The position numbers and the translations under genes are program-made. From Octopus vulgaris (taxonomy: Eukaryota), in contig OX597816.1 of NCBI GenBank assembly GCA_951406725.2, forward strand, positions 109,058,001-109,122,000: a stretch of 64,000 bases of DNA, written 5' to 3'. The notes under the pieces are model-generated. The model worked only from the letters and a program-made list of their open reading frames with translations, did no database searches and was not told the origin of the DNA. Positions 1-12,470 of this stretch are shown in pieces; the first letter of the stretch is position 1, and every line of letters begins with the position of its first letter.

Positions 1-182
1 GCAACCAATAGATTGAGTACCAGATTTAAAAAATAAAGTACTGGGAGCAAGTTGTTTGACTAAACTCTTTGCAGTGGTGCCCCAGCATGGCTGCAGTCGA
101 ATGACTGAAACAAATAAAAGCTAAAAGACATGCTCATATGTGCACGTATGGATGCACACACACTCATGTATGTATGATGTAT

Positions 183-520
183 TCTTTTATTTGTTTCAGC
201 CATTTGACTGTGGCCATGCTGGAGCACCACCTTTAGTCTAGGAAACTGACCCCAGGTCTCATTCTCTGTAAGCCTAGTACTTATTCTATCGGTCTCTTTT
301 GCCGAGCTACTATGTTACGGGAACGTAAACACACCAGCATTGGTTGTCAAGTGATGGTGGTGGGACACATACATACGATGGGCTTCTTTCAGTTTCCATC
401 TACCAAGTCCATTCACAAGGCTTTGGTTGGTGCAAGGCTATAGTAGAAGACACTTGCCCAAGATGCCACGCAGTGGGACTGAACCCTGAACCATGTGGTT
501 GGTAAGCAAGCTACTTACCG
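183..520 (-). mobile_element. tRNA-derived SINE, family A (head ...ggtaagtagcttgcttaccaaccacatggttc; tail ...gactgaaacaaataaaag)
   Basis: Similar copies recur at about 1-130(+), 7192-7580(-), 9955-10345(+), 13444-13890(+), 26155-26560(+), 30633-31035(+), 33275-33640(-), 33700-33965(+), 34390-34790(+) and 34990-35200(-). The head has pol III A/B-box-like motifs; there is an internal microsatellite. Confidence 0.85.
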
Positions 521-725
521 TGTAAGTTATAGATAATTTATACATGTTGACTTTATTTCCTCATACTTGTAGATTTAAAATTATGCTGAAAAATAAGGTG
601 GAGTGTCAGAATAGGTCCACTGTTTTCTAATATACTCGAGTCATGAATAATTCACCTAAATTCTTCTTTTTAAAGAAAATTCTGAACCTTGAACTTAAGC
701 GAGAAATCATTTCTTTAACTTTCAG

Positions 726-927
726 TTTATGTGTGAAAAGGACACCATTGATTATGTTGGACGTATAGATGAACCTGAGACATGTGTGTATATGTTGACA
801 GTGTACACTTCAATTATTTGCCACCATCCTTATCTCAAACCTCCAACACCCAACAAACCTGTACCAATTATATGTAATCCTGTTCTGGCCCAAGATCAGT
901 TTGATAAATATTTAGAACACAAGCAAA
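726..927 (+). CDS. OS9: OS-9 ERAD lectin, internal coding exon (C-terminal end of the MRH domain); earlier exons lie upstream of the window
   Basis: ttcag| acceptor at 725 and |gtaag donor at 928. Translation FMCEKDTIDYVGRIDEPETCVYMLTVYTSIICHHPYLKPP...PIICNPVL matches the OS-9 pattern F.C....D.I..V.EP..C.Y...I....LC.HP.L.PP....I.C.P.L. Ends in phase 1. Confidence 0.92.
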
Positions 928-1191
928 GTAAGAAAATATTTTCATATTTTTTTTATATTGATATTTCTTTTTCCAATGAAGGATTTTGTTCCCACTTCAT
1001 TAAGAGTGTTTTGTAACTCTAGATAAATTTTTGTTGTTTCAGTTGGTATATATATTACACATACATACATACATACATACATGCATACATACATACTGCA
1101 TTGGTGCCACATAAAAGCACCTAATATACACTGTAAAGTGGTTGACATTAGGAAGGGCAGCCAACTGTAGAAAATGTCAAAACAGACAATG

Positions 1192-1492
1192 TTTGTTCCT
1201 TCTCGAGCCATGCCTAGCTCATAAGGGCTGGTTTCCTGGTTTCCTTGGCGTATAGGTTCCCCACCTGGATGGGATGCTGGTCCGTCACAGGTGAGCTGCA
1301 AGATGCAGGAGGATAGAAAGAGAGAAAGTTGTGGTGAAAGAGTCAGCAGAAGTTCGCCATTACCTTCTGCTGGAGCTGCATGGAGTTTAGGTATTTTGCT
1401 CATAAACTCACACATCACCCGGTCTGAGATTCGAACCTGTGGTCCCTCGACCGCGAGTCCGCTGCTCTAACCACTAGGCCATGTGCCTCCAC
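1192..1492 (-). mobile_element. tRNA-derived SINE (OR-like family) nested in an RTE-tail repeat
   Basis: Head gtggaggcacatggcctagtggttagagcagcggactcgcggtcgagggaccacaggttcgaatctc. TSD aaaacag(a/g)caatg at 1179-1191 and 1493-1505. The host repeat continues on both sides (about 1100-1600). Confidence 0.85.
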
Positions 1493-2119
1493 AAAACAGG
1501 CAATGGAACCTGGTGTGGCTTCTAGCCTTGCCAGCTCCTGTCAAACCGTTTAACTCATGCCAGCATGGAAAACATATGTTAAATGATGACGATGATGATA
1601 TATATTTATACAATGGACTCTCCTGTCAAAGATGACGTATGAGCATTCAACTTTTGCCAAAGGATTTGCACAAATGACTTGTTTATAATGATCAAATGTA
1701 TATGCTGTACATTAGCTCACCCTCTCCATCAAATCGATGTTGTCTGAACAGGTGTACCATGTGTCATGTCAAAGTGATCACATAGCAACACAAGATGAAA
1801 TGTTTTGCTCAAGAACACAAAGCACCACCTGGTCTAGGAATTGAAATCATGATTTCATGATTGTGAGTGCAACATCTTAACCATCAGGCCGTTTGTCCTT
1901 TATATATAGTGTATGTGTTATATTAAAAGTCGACAGTCTACTCTGAGATTTGCACCAGGGTGGACTGTTTACATGTATCACATATCTACCCTACCTACCC
2001 AATGTTTTGAATTCTATATTAGATATTGTTTGTGCTATTTTGCAAAATATGCTTTCACTGTATTTCAAAACTCTTTATTATGATAAATGTATCAACATCA
2101 ATGGAAATTGCAGCTGTGA

Positions 2120-2502
2120 TACTAGTGCCGGTGGCACGTAAGAGAACCATCCGAATGTGGCTGTTGCCAGCGCCGCCCTGACTGGCCTCGTGCCGGTGGC
2201 ACATAAGAAGCAGCATCTGTTCATGGCCGTTGCCAGCCTTGCCTGGCCCCCCGTGCCGGTGGCACGTAAAAAGCACCATCCGATCGTGGCCGTTTGCCAG
2301 ACTCGTCTGGCACCTGTGCTGGTGGCACGTAAAAAGCACCCACTACACTCACGGAGTGGTTGGCGTTAGGAAGGGCATCCAGCCGTAGAAACATTGCCAG
2401 ATCAGACTGGGCCTGGTGCAGCCTTCTGGCTTCCCAGACCCCAGTTGAACCGTCCAACCCATGCTAGCATGGAAAGCGGACGCTAAACAATGATGATGAT
2501 GA
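2120..2502 (+). mobile_element. 5'-truncated RTE LINE 3' end with four approximately 61-nt repeat units and an (ATG)n tail
   Basis: Nearly identical to the 3' UTR of the RTE LINE at 54267-55824. Related tails at about 2746-2848, 6878-7170(-), 22268-22530(-), 25070-25455, 31330-31605, 34205-34375(-), 36080-36458, 41822-42090(-) and 42490-42822. Confidence 0.85.
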
Positions 2503-4936
2503 ATACCGTGAGTTGGCAGAATTGTTAGCTCACCAGACAAAATGCTTAGCAGCATTTCTTCTGGCTTTTTATGTTCTTAGTCCATTTCAGACCCTGCTGA
2601 GGCCAAATCTGCTTTTCATCCTTTAGGGGGTCAGTAAAATGGAGTACCAGTCGTATACTGGGGTCAAGGTAATCAACTACCCCTCCCCCCCCACTGCTTC
2701 TAACTGCTGGCCTTGTGCAAAAATTTGGAACCATTATGATATCTAACTGGCCTGGTGCAGCCTTCGGGCTCCCCAGACCCCAGTTGAACCGTCCAACCCA
2801 TGCTAGCATGGAAAGCGGACGTTAAATGATGATGATGATGATGATGATATATATATATATATAATTCTTAGACACATGACTTACTTAGTGCTTAAGTATT
2901 TTCTACTTTATTGATCTCATAAAGGATTAAATTTATAAGCTGTTGATTATATTTATCTATTTTTGCATGAGGTAAACTTTTAATGTGTCACTATCAAAAT
3001 ATATAAACCATTTATATTACCAAGGGCAGTGAGCTGGCAGAATGGTTAGCATAGTGGGCAAAATTCTTTGTGGCATTTTGTCTGTATTTGCATTCAAATT
3101 CTGCCAAGGCTGACTTTGCCGTTTATTCTTTCAGAGTTGATGAAAGTCGTTGAACACTGGTGAGTTGATGTAATCAACTTAACCCCTGCCTTGAAATTTC
3201 AGACCTTGTGCCAAAATTTGAATTCAATGTTACACTTAAACAATATTTTCATTAATTACCAGATAGGGAGTTGAGCCACATAATTTATATTATATGAGAT
3301 AGTAATGTCTTGGCATCACAAAACGATGATATGAAGTATGGTAAGCTTTATGCAAAATTCTCAATATTGTATGTAATTATCTGGGATGCCTAGGTTGCAT
3401 AAAGCAGTGTTCATGAATATACACACAGTACCATTTGTTGACCACTAATGAATCCCAAAAGAATAAATCTAATGTTTGACTTGCCTAAATTAACTTGTGA
3501 ACTTCCAACGAAAATGCTATGCTAAAAGCTTTGTAATCCTTACGAAAATGTTAATATGTCTGTCAAAGTTGATTAATTCTCTTTGTTTAGCATAAACTAT
3601 GATGTAGTTTGTCTTTATTGTAGACACAATTTCAGTTCCATGTATTAAAAACTGTGTAGAGTAGAATGCAATGTACAAACAACTTACTCTACTGCCACGT
3701 GACTCTCTTTAAAGTTAGGCAGTAGAGGAGTGTGACAAAACTTATATCATAATCAGTTTATGAACAGAATTGTCTGTTTCAATCATGGGCAACTTGCTGC
3801 CCAGGGAACTTTTTCTTTTCTGCAAGGCACACTTCATGAAAAATTACCTTGAAATATTTTAGTAGTGCAACCTATCTGATGATGAACCAAGTTGCACACA
3901 ACCCACTTCTTGAAAAAGGTTGTCTCTGCCTGGTTTGTTGTTAAGTCAATCTGTTGCTGTAATCTTACTCTGTTTGAAGTAAGGAAGTTGCTAGTTCAAT
4001 CTAGACTGCAGTATTAACAGTAAACACTGCTTTAAAAATGTATGGTGTGAAACGTATAGATGTATTTACATACACTGTGCAAGTTTAAGATTGAAAGCAG
4101 TTTAAATATAAGACCTTGTTGTCTTTGCAAAGCCATCACTACCAATCTGTGTCAACAGTTGCTTATTTTTTAGTCTCTTCACATACTGTTGATCTGTGTC
4201 TTTTTTATATTTCTTCAAAATCCTTTAACAGTTACTATTGCCCTATTGTTTCCTTTCATTATTGTGGTTTTTTTAGAAGTGGCAAGATGACAGAATTGTT
4301 GATGAGTGAAATGTTTTGCAGCATTTTATCTGTCCTCAAATTTTGCTGAGCTCAACTTTGCCTTTTATCCTTTTATAGGGGTCAATAGAATAAGTACCAG
4401 TTAATCACTTGGGTCAATGTAATTGACTTACTCCCTTCCCTGAAATTACTGGCCTTGTGCTAAAGTTTAAAACCATAATACTTATTTAGATTTTAACATA
4501 CTGCTGCTGAAATAAATCCTCTATTAATGAAACTTGTCTGATACTGTAATGAACTCTGTTGTTCCATACTGACTATTTCCATCACGTCTGTTCTCTAAAT
4601 TATTATCATCTCTCCACCTTTCACCTATTTTCAGTTATGCATGGTCCCATGTAATCATACCAAATACTGTCTTTGGTATTGTGCAAAACATAAACTGCAT
4701 TGAGTTTATCTATTTACTTAAGATAGTTTTTAGGACTACTTTTTGTATGTTTTTGTAAAGAGAAATAAATTTTTTAAAAATTATAAAAAAAAAAACCCTA
4801 TCAAATTAATGGCGAGAATGCTGATTTTGAGAATTAAAAAAAATTTTTCTTTTGCCATAAAATTTTAATTATTAAAATTAAAAAGGAATATACATATGTT
4901 ATTTTGAATCTATATTTTGTTCTCTTTTATTTACAG

Positions 4937-5008
4937 ATGAAGAAAAAAAGAAAATTGAAAAAATTGAAGAACAGATAGAAGAATTGAAAAATGTTGATTC
5001 CACAAAAG
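4937..5008 (+). CDS. OS9: OS-9 coding exon (72 nt, phase 1-1), (N)EEKKKIEKIEEQIEELKNVDSTK
   Basis: Polypyrimidine tract plus ttacag acceptor and G|gttaat donor. Keeps frame with both neighbours; charged, coiled-coil-like peptide. Too short for the ORF track. Confidence 0.8.
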
Positions 5009-6366
5009 GTTAATATCACAATGTTTTCTTATATTTAATCAATGTTTAATGAATGCTTTGCATTGTTTTACAATTTTTTAGCATTTCATTTTGTGTTGGT
5101 TTTTCTTATTCATATTGGATTTATTATGATAATGTAAACCTACCACATAGCCCTGTGGGCAGTCAAAACAATTACCCACAGTAAAACTTACTGTATAATT
5201 TTAATCCCTAACCCTGTCATACCATTTAATAGGAATAGCTTAAATGTCATCTTTACCAGATTCCTGCTAAAACAGTAATGAACAACACACTTAGAAAAAG
5301 AAGATAGAATACTAAAATTTAGACGACTGACACGTAGCTTTGTAATCAAGTGTGTTTATGGCTCATTCTTAATGGCGTCCACCACAGTGGTTGTTTACTT
5401 TTGTTCTTAATAAAAAAAAAAAAAAAAGAACCCCCACCAAAGGAAAACTAATTTTTGCAATGAAAAGGACATGTGATGAACTCAGCACTTTATTTGGTAA
5501 ACGAGCAAGGCGTAGACTCTTTATAGTTTAAGAAATTGTTGATGATACCTATTCTTTGGACAAAAAATTTAGCTTTATGCAACAATGAGAGTTATTTTAA
5601 CAATCAAACTGGTGAAAGTGATGGGAGAAAGTAGTGATTTGGGTGAACAAATATGGTAGCTGAGAGATAGGCCGATAACTGTTATACTCCTGAATGTTTT
5701 TGTGATTCTGTTCATAAGTTTTCTTGCAAGCATTACTCTTGAGCTGTATATTCAACTATTTATTATTTTCTTTTCCTGAGGCCCAGGTGGGGGTAAAGTT
5801 AGACACAGGGGCACTGGTATGAAGGTTAAAATTCTTCTCAATGTTAACATCCACTTTTTACTATATTTGACAAAAGATGTTTATAATATACGTAAATATA
5901 ATCAATGAAGTACTTCACTGTCGTATTTTTAGTGCAATATTCTAGAAACCCTGTTTATTGGGTACAGATTGCCATTCTAAACAACAATAATTAGAGGAGA
6001 AAAAAAATTCTCCAGGGGAGGCAACTTTTGAAAACCTGTTTTTAATCCAACAAAAGTTATCGAACTTGTTGCGGTATAGATTTATATATTTTTTTAAAAT
6101 CATAATTTTTTAGAATTATTCAGATTTTTGTTGGTAGTAATGGTAGGTGATAAGCTTATTAGGGATTATCAGCTTTCTGTAATATTTGGAAATCACTCTT
6201 TATTTTGTGTGTGTGTGAGAAAGAGAGAGACTACAGCTGTTACCTGGAAATGAACACGACTTGCTAGTTTGCACCATGCTTTCACTAACTCTTTTAGGTG
6301 CTTATGTAGTCATGGTCTCACATTTACTTACATGTACATTTGTGTTTGTGTGTGTGCGTAAGTGCG

Positions 6367-6400
<34 letters not shown>

Positions 6401-6795
6401 TCTTTATATATAAAAGAGAGGTTGTGTGCTGTCTGTCTCCTACGATTTAGATTCCTAACTACTCCCACATTTTGCGGTGCAGTTTAACCAAAACTGGGTA
6501 TCTTATAGTCGTGATTCATATCGAGCCCTTCTGGGTATTAGCGCGCGTCTACGATGAGTCTACGATTTAAAAAAAAATTTACCATCAATTTTCCCCATTT
6601 TTAATGCATTTTTGGCATATATAAGGGAAGTAACTCTTTAAAAATTTATTGTTAAATCTCAGAACGTAAAAAGCTACAGTAACACCCCCTCTTTGTGGTT
6701 AGCCATATTGAGATGGCTATTATACTTTACATTTCTAAAAATGCTTATATAGTTATTTCCCTTACAAACCTGAGCAACGCCGGGCGATACTGCTA

Positions 6796-6796
<1 letters not shown>
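6401..6796 (+). mobile_element. Non-autonomous Helitron
   Basis: A|TCTTTATATATAAAAG 5' end, subterminal cctgagcaacgccggg hairpin, CTAG|T 3' end; inserted in (TA)n without a TSD. Confidence 0.85.
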
Positions 6797-6835
<39 letters not shown>

Positions 6836-7191
6836 CTATTGGTTGTATGTATGTGTGTGCGAGTGTATATGTACACATCATCACTATTTAACGTTTGTTT
6901 TCCATGCTGACATGGGTTAGGCGGTCTGACTGAAACTTGTAAGCTGGAGAGCTGCACAAGGCTCCAGTCTGATTTGGCATGGTTTCTACAGCTGGATGCC
7001 CTGCCTAACATCAACCACTCCAAGAGTGTAAAGGGTGCTTTTTACTTGCCACCAGCACAGGTACCATTATAGAACACTGGCATCAACCATGACTACGATT
7101 TCACTTGGCTTGACAAATCTTCTCAATCACAGCATATCGCCAAAAGTCATGATCACTTGCCATCGCCACTGTATATTCATATGTATATATC

Positions 7192-7396
7192 TGTTTTACT
7201 CTTTTACTTGTTTCAGTCATTTGACTGCAGCTTTGCTGGAGCACCGCCTTTAATCGAGCAAAGTACTTATTCTAGCAGTCTCTTTTGTCGAACTGCTAAG
7301 TTACGGGGGACGTAAACACACCAGCATCGGTTGTCAAACGATGTTGGTGGGACAAACACAGACACACAAACATATACACACACATACACACACACA

Positions 7397-7428
<32 letters not shown>

Positions 7429-7580
7429 CGCATGCATGCATACATACATATGACGGGTTTCTTTCAGTTTCCATCTACCAAATCCACTCACAAGACACTT
7501 GCCCAAGGTGCCATGCAGTGGGACTGAACCCAGAACCATGTAGTTGGTAAGCAAGCTACTTACCACACAACCACTCCTGC
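7192..7580 (-). mobile_element. SINE family A copy
   Basis: Same head, body and tail as 183-520, with an internal (CA)/(TA) tract. Confidence 0.85.
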
Positions 7581-8404
7581 TGTGTATGTAATAAATATTG
7601 GTATATGTGCATGTGTATGTATGCATGCATGTGTGTGTATCTATGTATCATATATATATATATTTACTCACGTGTTTGTATATATGTAGTGTATGCATAT
7701 ATATATATATTGACATTGTAGAAATTTTATAAACTTCTGAGAGATTGTGAAGTAATTCTTTTTTTGGAACAATAGATCTCAAAGCACATAAAACTATAAA
7801 TAATAGCATGTAAATATTGGGTTGTATAACCCTTTTGGATAGAAAAAGTTGGAAGCTGTTTATGGGACTCAAACCCACATCTGTAGACATGAACCTTATA
7901 ACAAAAGGAATCCTTCAAATTTCTCTATCCATTTTAGGTAGAAATCCATTGTTCCAAAAGAGAATTATTTTCATATTCTCCCAATAGTTTCTAAAATTCT
8001 TGCTGGCAAGAATAAAGATTTTCAAATTTTGACTTGTATTATTCATTTAGTTTTGATTCCTATTTTCTGTATTTGAGTTGAAATTTGAAATTCCCACATA
8101 AAGGAATTGTCATAATTGCAACACTCTCTTCCTTACTAATGAGGAAAAAAAAAATCCAGAGTGCTTAGGTTATTAGTTGAAAAATTTGAAAAAAACAGAT
8201 GGTATGGTCACTTTTGGACCTCATTCATTCTTACTAATACTTACTAAACTGCTAAGTAAATTCTGATTTCCTTTTGACCTGACAGTTGACATTTCCATAT
8301 TTTTAGCACACATACAATGAAGAAAGTGATTGTTTAGTTTTGATTTTGCAAAATTTCTATTTTGGAGCATAAACTAAAGATTTTTAACATGGCCACAAAG
8401 ACAC

Positions 8405-8745
8405 AGGGTAAAGGGTAAAGACCCCCTTTAGTCATGAGCGACCATGGGATTGCATCTTAAAAGTTACTCTCTGAGGCAAAAGTCCAGGCAAGGTTATTTT
8501 ACGGGAAACCTGCAGTTGCCCATGCATATCAGCTCTCCCTCTCCATGCCACCGATGTTACCCAAAAGAAAGGCAAGGACTGATACAGCTCGGTACCACTG
8601 ACACCACAACTCATTTCTATAATTGAGTAAACTGGAGCAACGTAAAATAAAGTGTTTTGCTCAGAACACAACACACAGCCCAGTCTGGGAATCAAACTCA
8701 TTACCCCTTGATTGTGAACCTGACGTTCTAACTACCGAACCATGA
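8405..8745 (-). mobile_element. tRNA-derived SINE, family C (tail ...ggtcgctcatgactaaagggggtctttaccctttacc)
   Basis: Homologous copy at about 18535-18830(+); head with ggtagttagaacgtc...tgagtttgattccc. Confidence 0.75.
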
Positions 8746-8822
8746 AGACACAGCCAGCTTTATATTTAGTGTACTCATCTGGTACAACTGTGTGTTTTGT
8801 GCCCCCAATTGATATTCTATAT

Positions 8823-9287
8823 CAGTGGTCCCTTACTTTTTTTGTACCATAGACTGGTTTCATTCAAGATAGTTTTTCCACAGACTGGGAGGTTACATGC
8901 ATTAGACTGTTGGACATATGATTGTAAAATTGTGGTTTTGATTCCTGGACTAGGTGATGTATTGTGTTCTTGAGCAAAACTCTTCATTTCGCATTGCCCC
9001 AGTTCACTCAGGTGGTAAAATTGAGTATTCCTGTGACAGGCTAGTTCCTATCCAGGAGAAGAGTATATATGCCAGAAAATCCACGAAACTGGCCCTTTGG
9101 ATCATTATGACCTGGAAAGGTGCTTTATCCCTAACTTTTTATATACATAATGCAAAAACACTCTACAGACTGTGATAGGGAATTAAAAAAAAAAAAAAAT
9201 TAAAAATATTTATTCTTACTGTGCAACTTAGCACCAAAGTTTTATGACCTGGTACTGATCTGTGACCCAGTGGTTGAGAATTCCCTG
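8823..9287. mobile_element. hAT-type MITE containing a nested SINE (about 8890-9140)
   Basis: Termini CAGTGGTCCC...ttccCTG. 8-bp TSD ttctatat (8815-8822) / ttctgtat (9288-9295). Confidence 0.7.
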
Positions 9288-9954
9288 TTCTGTATCATCT
9301 GTATATCTGACTTGACAAAACTGATGTTTCAAAAACAATATCTGCTTTGTATTTTTTTTTGTGTTGTATTGTGAAACTTTGGCTTTTTGGGATTCAATTT
9401 TGTTTTATTGTACCGAAACATTTGTTGCAATGAAACTCATCATAATAATTTCTTATATAGTCACAAGACCTGAAATTTTGTGGGAGGGGGTAATCGATTA
9501 CATCGACTCCAGTATTTCACTGGTACTTATTTTATTGACACCCTTAAGATGAAAGGCAAAGCAGATCTCAGTGGAATTTGAACTGAGAACATAAAATCAC
9601 AAGAAATTCCGCTGACCATTTCTTTTGATATGTTAATGATTCTGCTAGATGCTACCTTAATGAATTTTAACACAATGAAACTTTTAGCATTGTTTCCAAA
9701 AAATTACTGCAGAATTTTGAAATAAACTTCACTGTACTGAAAAATTTATCATAATGGTATTTGTTAGAAGGAAATTTCGCTACAAAATATGTACCCTTTT
9801 ACCAAGTTATAACAAAAAGTTAGTGAAATATTTAAAATGTTTACAGTTGGATAGATAGACAAATATAACAAAATAATTTGATAAAAAATGTGGATTTTTA
9901 ATTATTTTCTGAGATTTTACAAAAACAACAAAAATATTTTAAAATTTTCATAGG

Positions 9955-10345
9955 TACAGGTGTGGCTGTGTGGTAAGAAGTTTACTTTTCAACTACATGG
10001 TTCTGAGTGGGTTCAGTTCCATTCTGTGGCACTTTGGGCAAGAGTCTTTTACTATAGCCATGAGCTGACCAAAAAGCCTTGTGAATGGATTTGGTTGATA
10101 GAAACTGAAAGATGCCCATCATGTGTGTGTCTGTGTTTGTCTCTCACACTATTTGACAACAGGTGTTGGTGTGTTTACATCCCTGTAACTTAGCACTTCA
10201 GCAAAAGAGACTGATACAATAGGTGCCTGGCTTTAAAATAATAATAAGTACTGGGGTTGATTTGTTTGACTAAAGTTCTTCAAAGTGTTGTCCCAGCATA
10301 GCTGCAGTCTAATGATTGAAATATGTAAAAGATAAAAGAAAAGAT
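9955..10345 (+). mobile_element. SINE family A copy
   Basis: Full head-to-tail similarity with the other family A copies. Confidence 0.8.
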
Positions 10346-10768
10346 TTGTTGTAACATACATTTTATCATGTTAGCATGAGTTAGACAGATAGTTATTTGG
10401 GGTGGGGTTTACAGCTGGATGTTATTCTTCCCTGTTTTCAAGTAAGGTTTTTTTTTTATTCCAGAAGTTTTCTAAAGCTGAGAGTGACAAGGAATGTCAG
10501 CATCACCATCAGTTCACTCAAATAGTAACAAGTGTGGAATATCAACCCTTCATGCACATTTGCACATATACATACATCCACAACCACACACATGCACACA
10601 CATACACAAAATCACACATGCACATTGGGCTTCTTGCAGTTTCAGTCTACTGAATTTCCTCATAAAGTATTGGTCAGCTCAGGGCTATATTAAAAGACAC
10701 TTACCCAAGATGCTGTGCAGTGAGATTGAACATGAAACCATGTGGTTAAGAAGTGAACAATTTAAGTG

Positions 10769-10811
<43 letters not shown>

Positions 10812-10814
<3 letters not shown>

Positions 10815-11024
10815 TTATTTGTGTATTAAGGTTACCATTGGTTTTGTGTTAAGAAAATATCTTAATTTTTCAAGCCAGTCACATGGTGGAATGGTGTTCT
10901 TCTCTGTTTTCATTCAAAATGGTGACGAACACCATTCCTTCATGTGATTGGCTTGAAAAATTGCTGAAATATGAAGATATTTCTTAACATAAGACCAATG
11001 GTAGCCTTAATACACAAATTAAGA
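10812..11024. mobile_element. Foldback MITE-like element (about 210 nt, almost entirely inverted repeat)
   Basis: tctttatttgtgtattaaggttaccattggttttgtgttaagaaaatatctt...ttcaagccagtcacatggtggaatggtgttc pairs with gaacaccattccttcatgtgattggcttgaa...aagatatttcttaacataagaccaatggtagccttaatacacaaattaaga. Confidence 0.8.
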
Positions 11025-11634
11025 AATTTTATCCACCAATGCAGTATTGGGCACTCATTCTCATTGTTTGACTTTCACATATATATAGGTATATGTATAT
11101 ATGTGTGTACATGTGTGTGTATGTTTCTCATGTTTTGATTGCTTTGTGGTCCCCCACATTGTTAGCCATGTCTTGGTGAAGGCTCCAAAACAGACCAGAT
11201 CTTATCAATACAAGGGTTATTGGTTACTCTTGAGTAATCAGTTAGCCATTGATTTGACTAGGCAGTAAGAACCAAGGGTGCACAACAACAGCAACATCCC
11301 CAAGCCAATGAGGAATCTGCTATATCATCACTTCTATGTAGTTACTCAACTTACTGGAAATAGCAGTCAATCCTCCCTCGAATCATGCTTTACCTTCTTA
11401 AAAAAATGAAGACCACATTGGATAATTGCAGTCCTAGAAAACCTGTTTTGAAAATAAAATGGATTAGTCATCTTCTCAGTGAGTTTTGACTCTGGGCTTA
11501 ACAATGACAACAACAACAATAATAACATCAGTAACAAAGCATTCAGCTCCATTACATTGTTCACTTCCTTCTCTTTTTTTCGTTGTGTATGCAGTGTCAA
11601 CTGAAGTCTAAATGTATCTGTCTCCCTTCTACAG

Positions 11635-12055
11635 ATGCATCATTAACAGGAAATGGCAAAGATGTCGACATAAAGATCATCATCATTGAAAACCCGGCAG
11701 CATACAAGGAGATGCTGTCCTTGGTGGAGAAGTCCCTCTCAAAGGATGCTCCTGTTGATGGAGCAACATCCTCAAAAGTGTCTGGCTCTGACAAAACACA
11801 ACACTTAGCTAAGAGCAAGAAGCGTACCTGGCCATTTCTGTTGCCAAAAAAGAGCAAAAGTGCTAAAGGTGATAGAGGAGATGAAGAGGAGGAGGAAGAG
11901 GGGAAAGATAAAGAAAAAGACCAGGGAGGAGAGGAAGAAGCAGGCTCAAACATGGAGGCAGTGAAGAAAGAAGAGAAGGAAGAATCAGTGGAAAATAATA
12001 AAGGTGATAGGGACAGTAAAGAGGAAAGTGATTTCCTCCAACATGCTTCTGAAAT
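11635..12055 (+). CDS. OS9: OS-9 coding exon (421 nt, phase 1-2), acidic/low-complexity linker
   Basis: ctcccttctacag acceptor and AT|gtgagt donor. Lies within ORF 11583..12059 (DASLTGNGKDVDIKIIIIENP...EEEEEE...FLQHASE); frame-compatible. Confidence 0.82.
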
Positions 12056-12470
12056 GTGAGTGTTCTTTGACGTTTTTCACTGTGAAATTTGGTTTGGTAG
12101 ATTTTTTTTTTTAACCATTTGTATTTTGGTAAATTTTCAGCAGTGTGACTGAGAATACAGCAGGTGCTGATTTATCACTGGCAATTGTGATTAGTATATT
12201 GATTTCAAATTTTGGCACACGGCCAGCAATTTCGGGTGTGGAGGGTAAGTGGATTACATCAACCCCGGTGCTCAGCTGGTACTTAATTTTATCAACCTTG
12301 ACAAAATAAATGAAAGGCAAAGTCGACCCTGGTGGTATTTGAACTCAGAACATGAAGGCAGAAGAAATGCTGTTAAGCAGTTTGTCCAGTGTGGTCATGA
12401 TTCTGTTAGCTCGCATCCTTGACTTGTGATTAATATATTACTGTTTGTCATATAGTGTCCAATTTATTAC

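Noticed and set aside
5780-6302. Possible DNA-transposon remnant starting ggggcactgg
   Set aside because: I could not find a convincing matching TIR or TSD.
11597-11953. 118-aa antisense ORF
   Set aside because: Shadow of the purine-rich OS-9 exon on the opposite strand.
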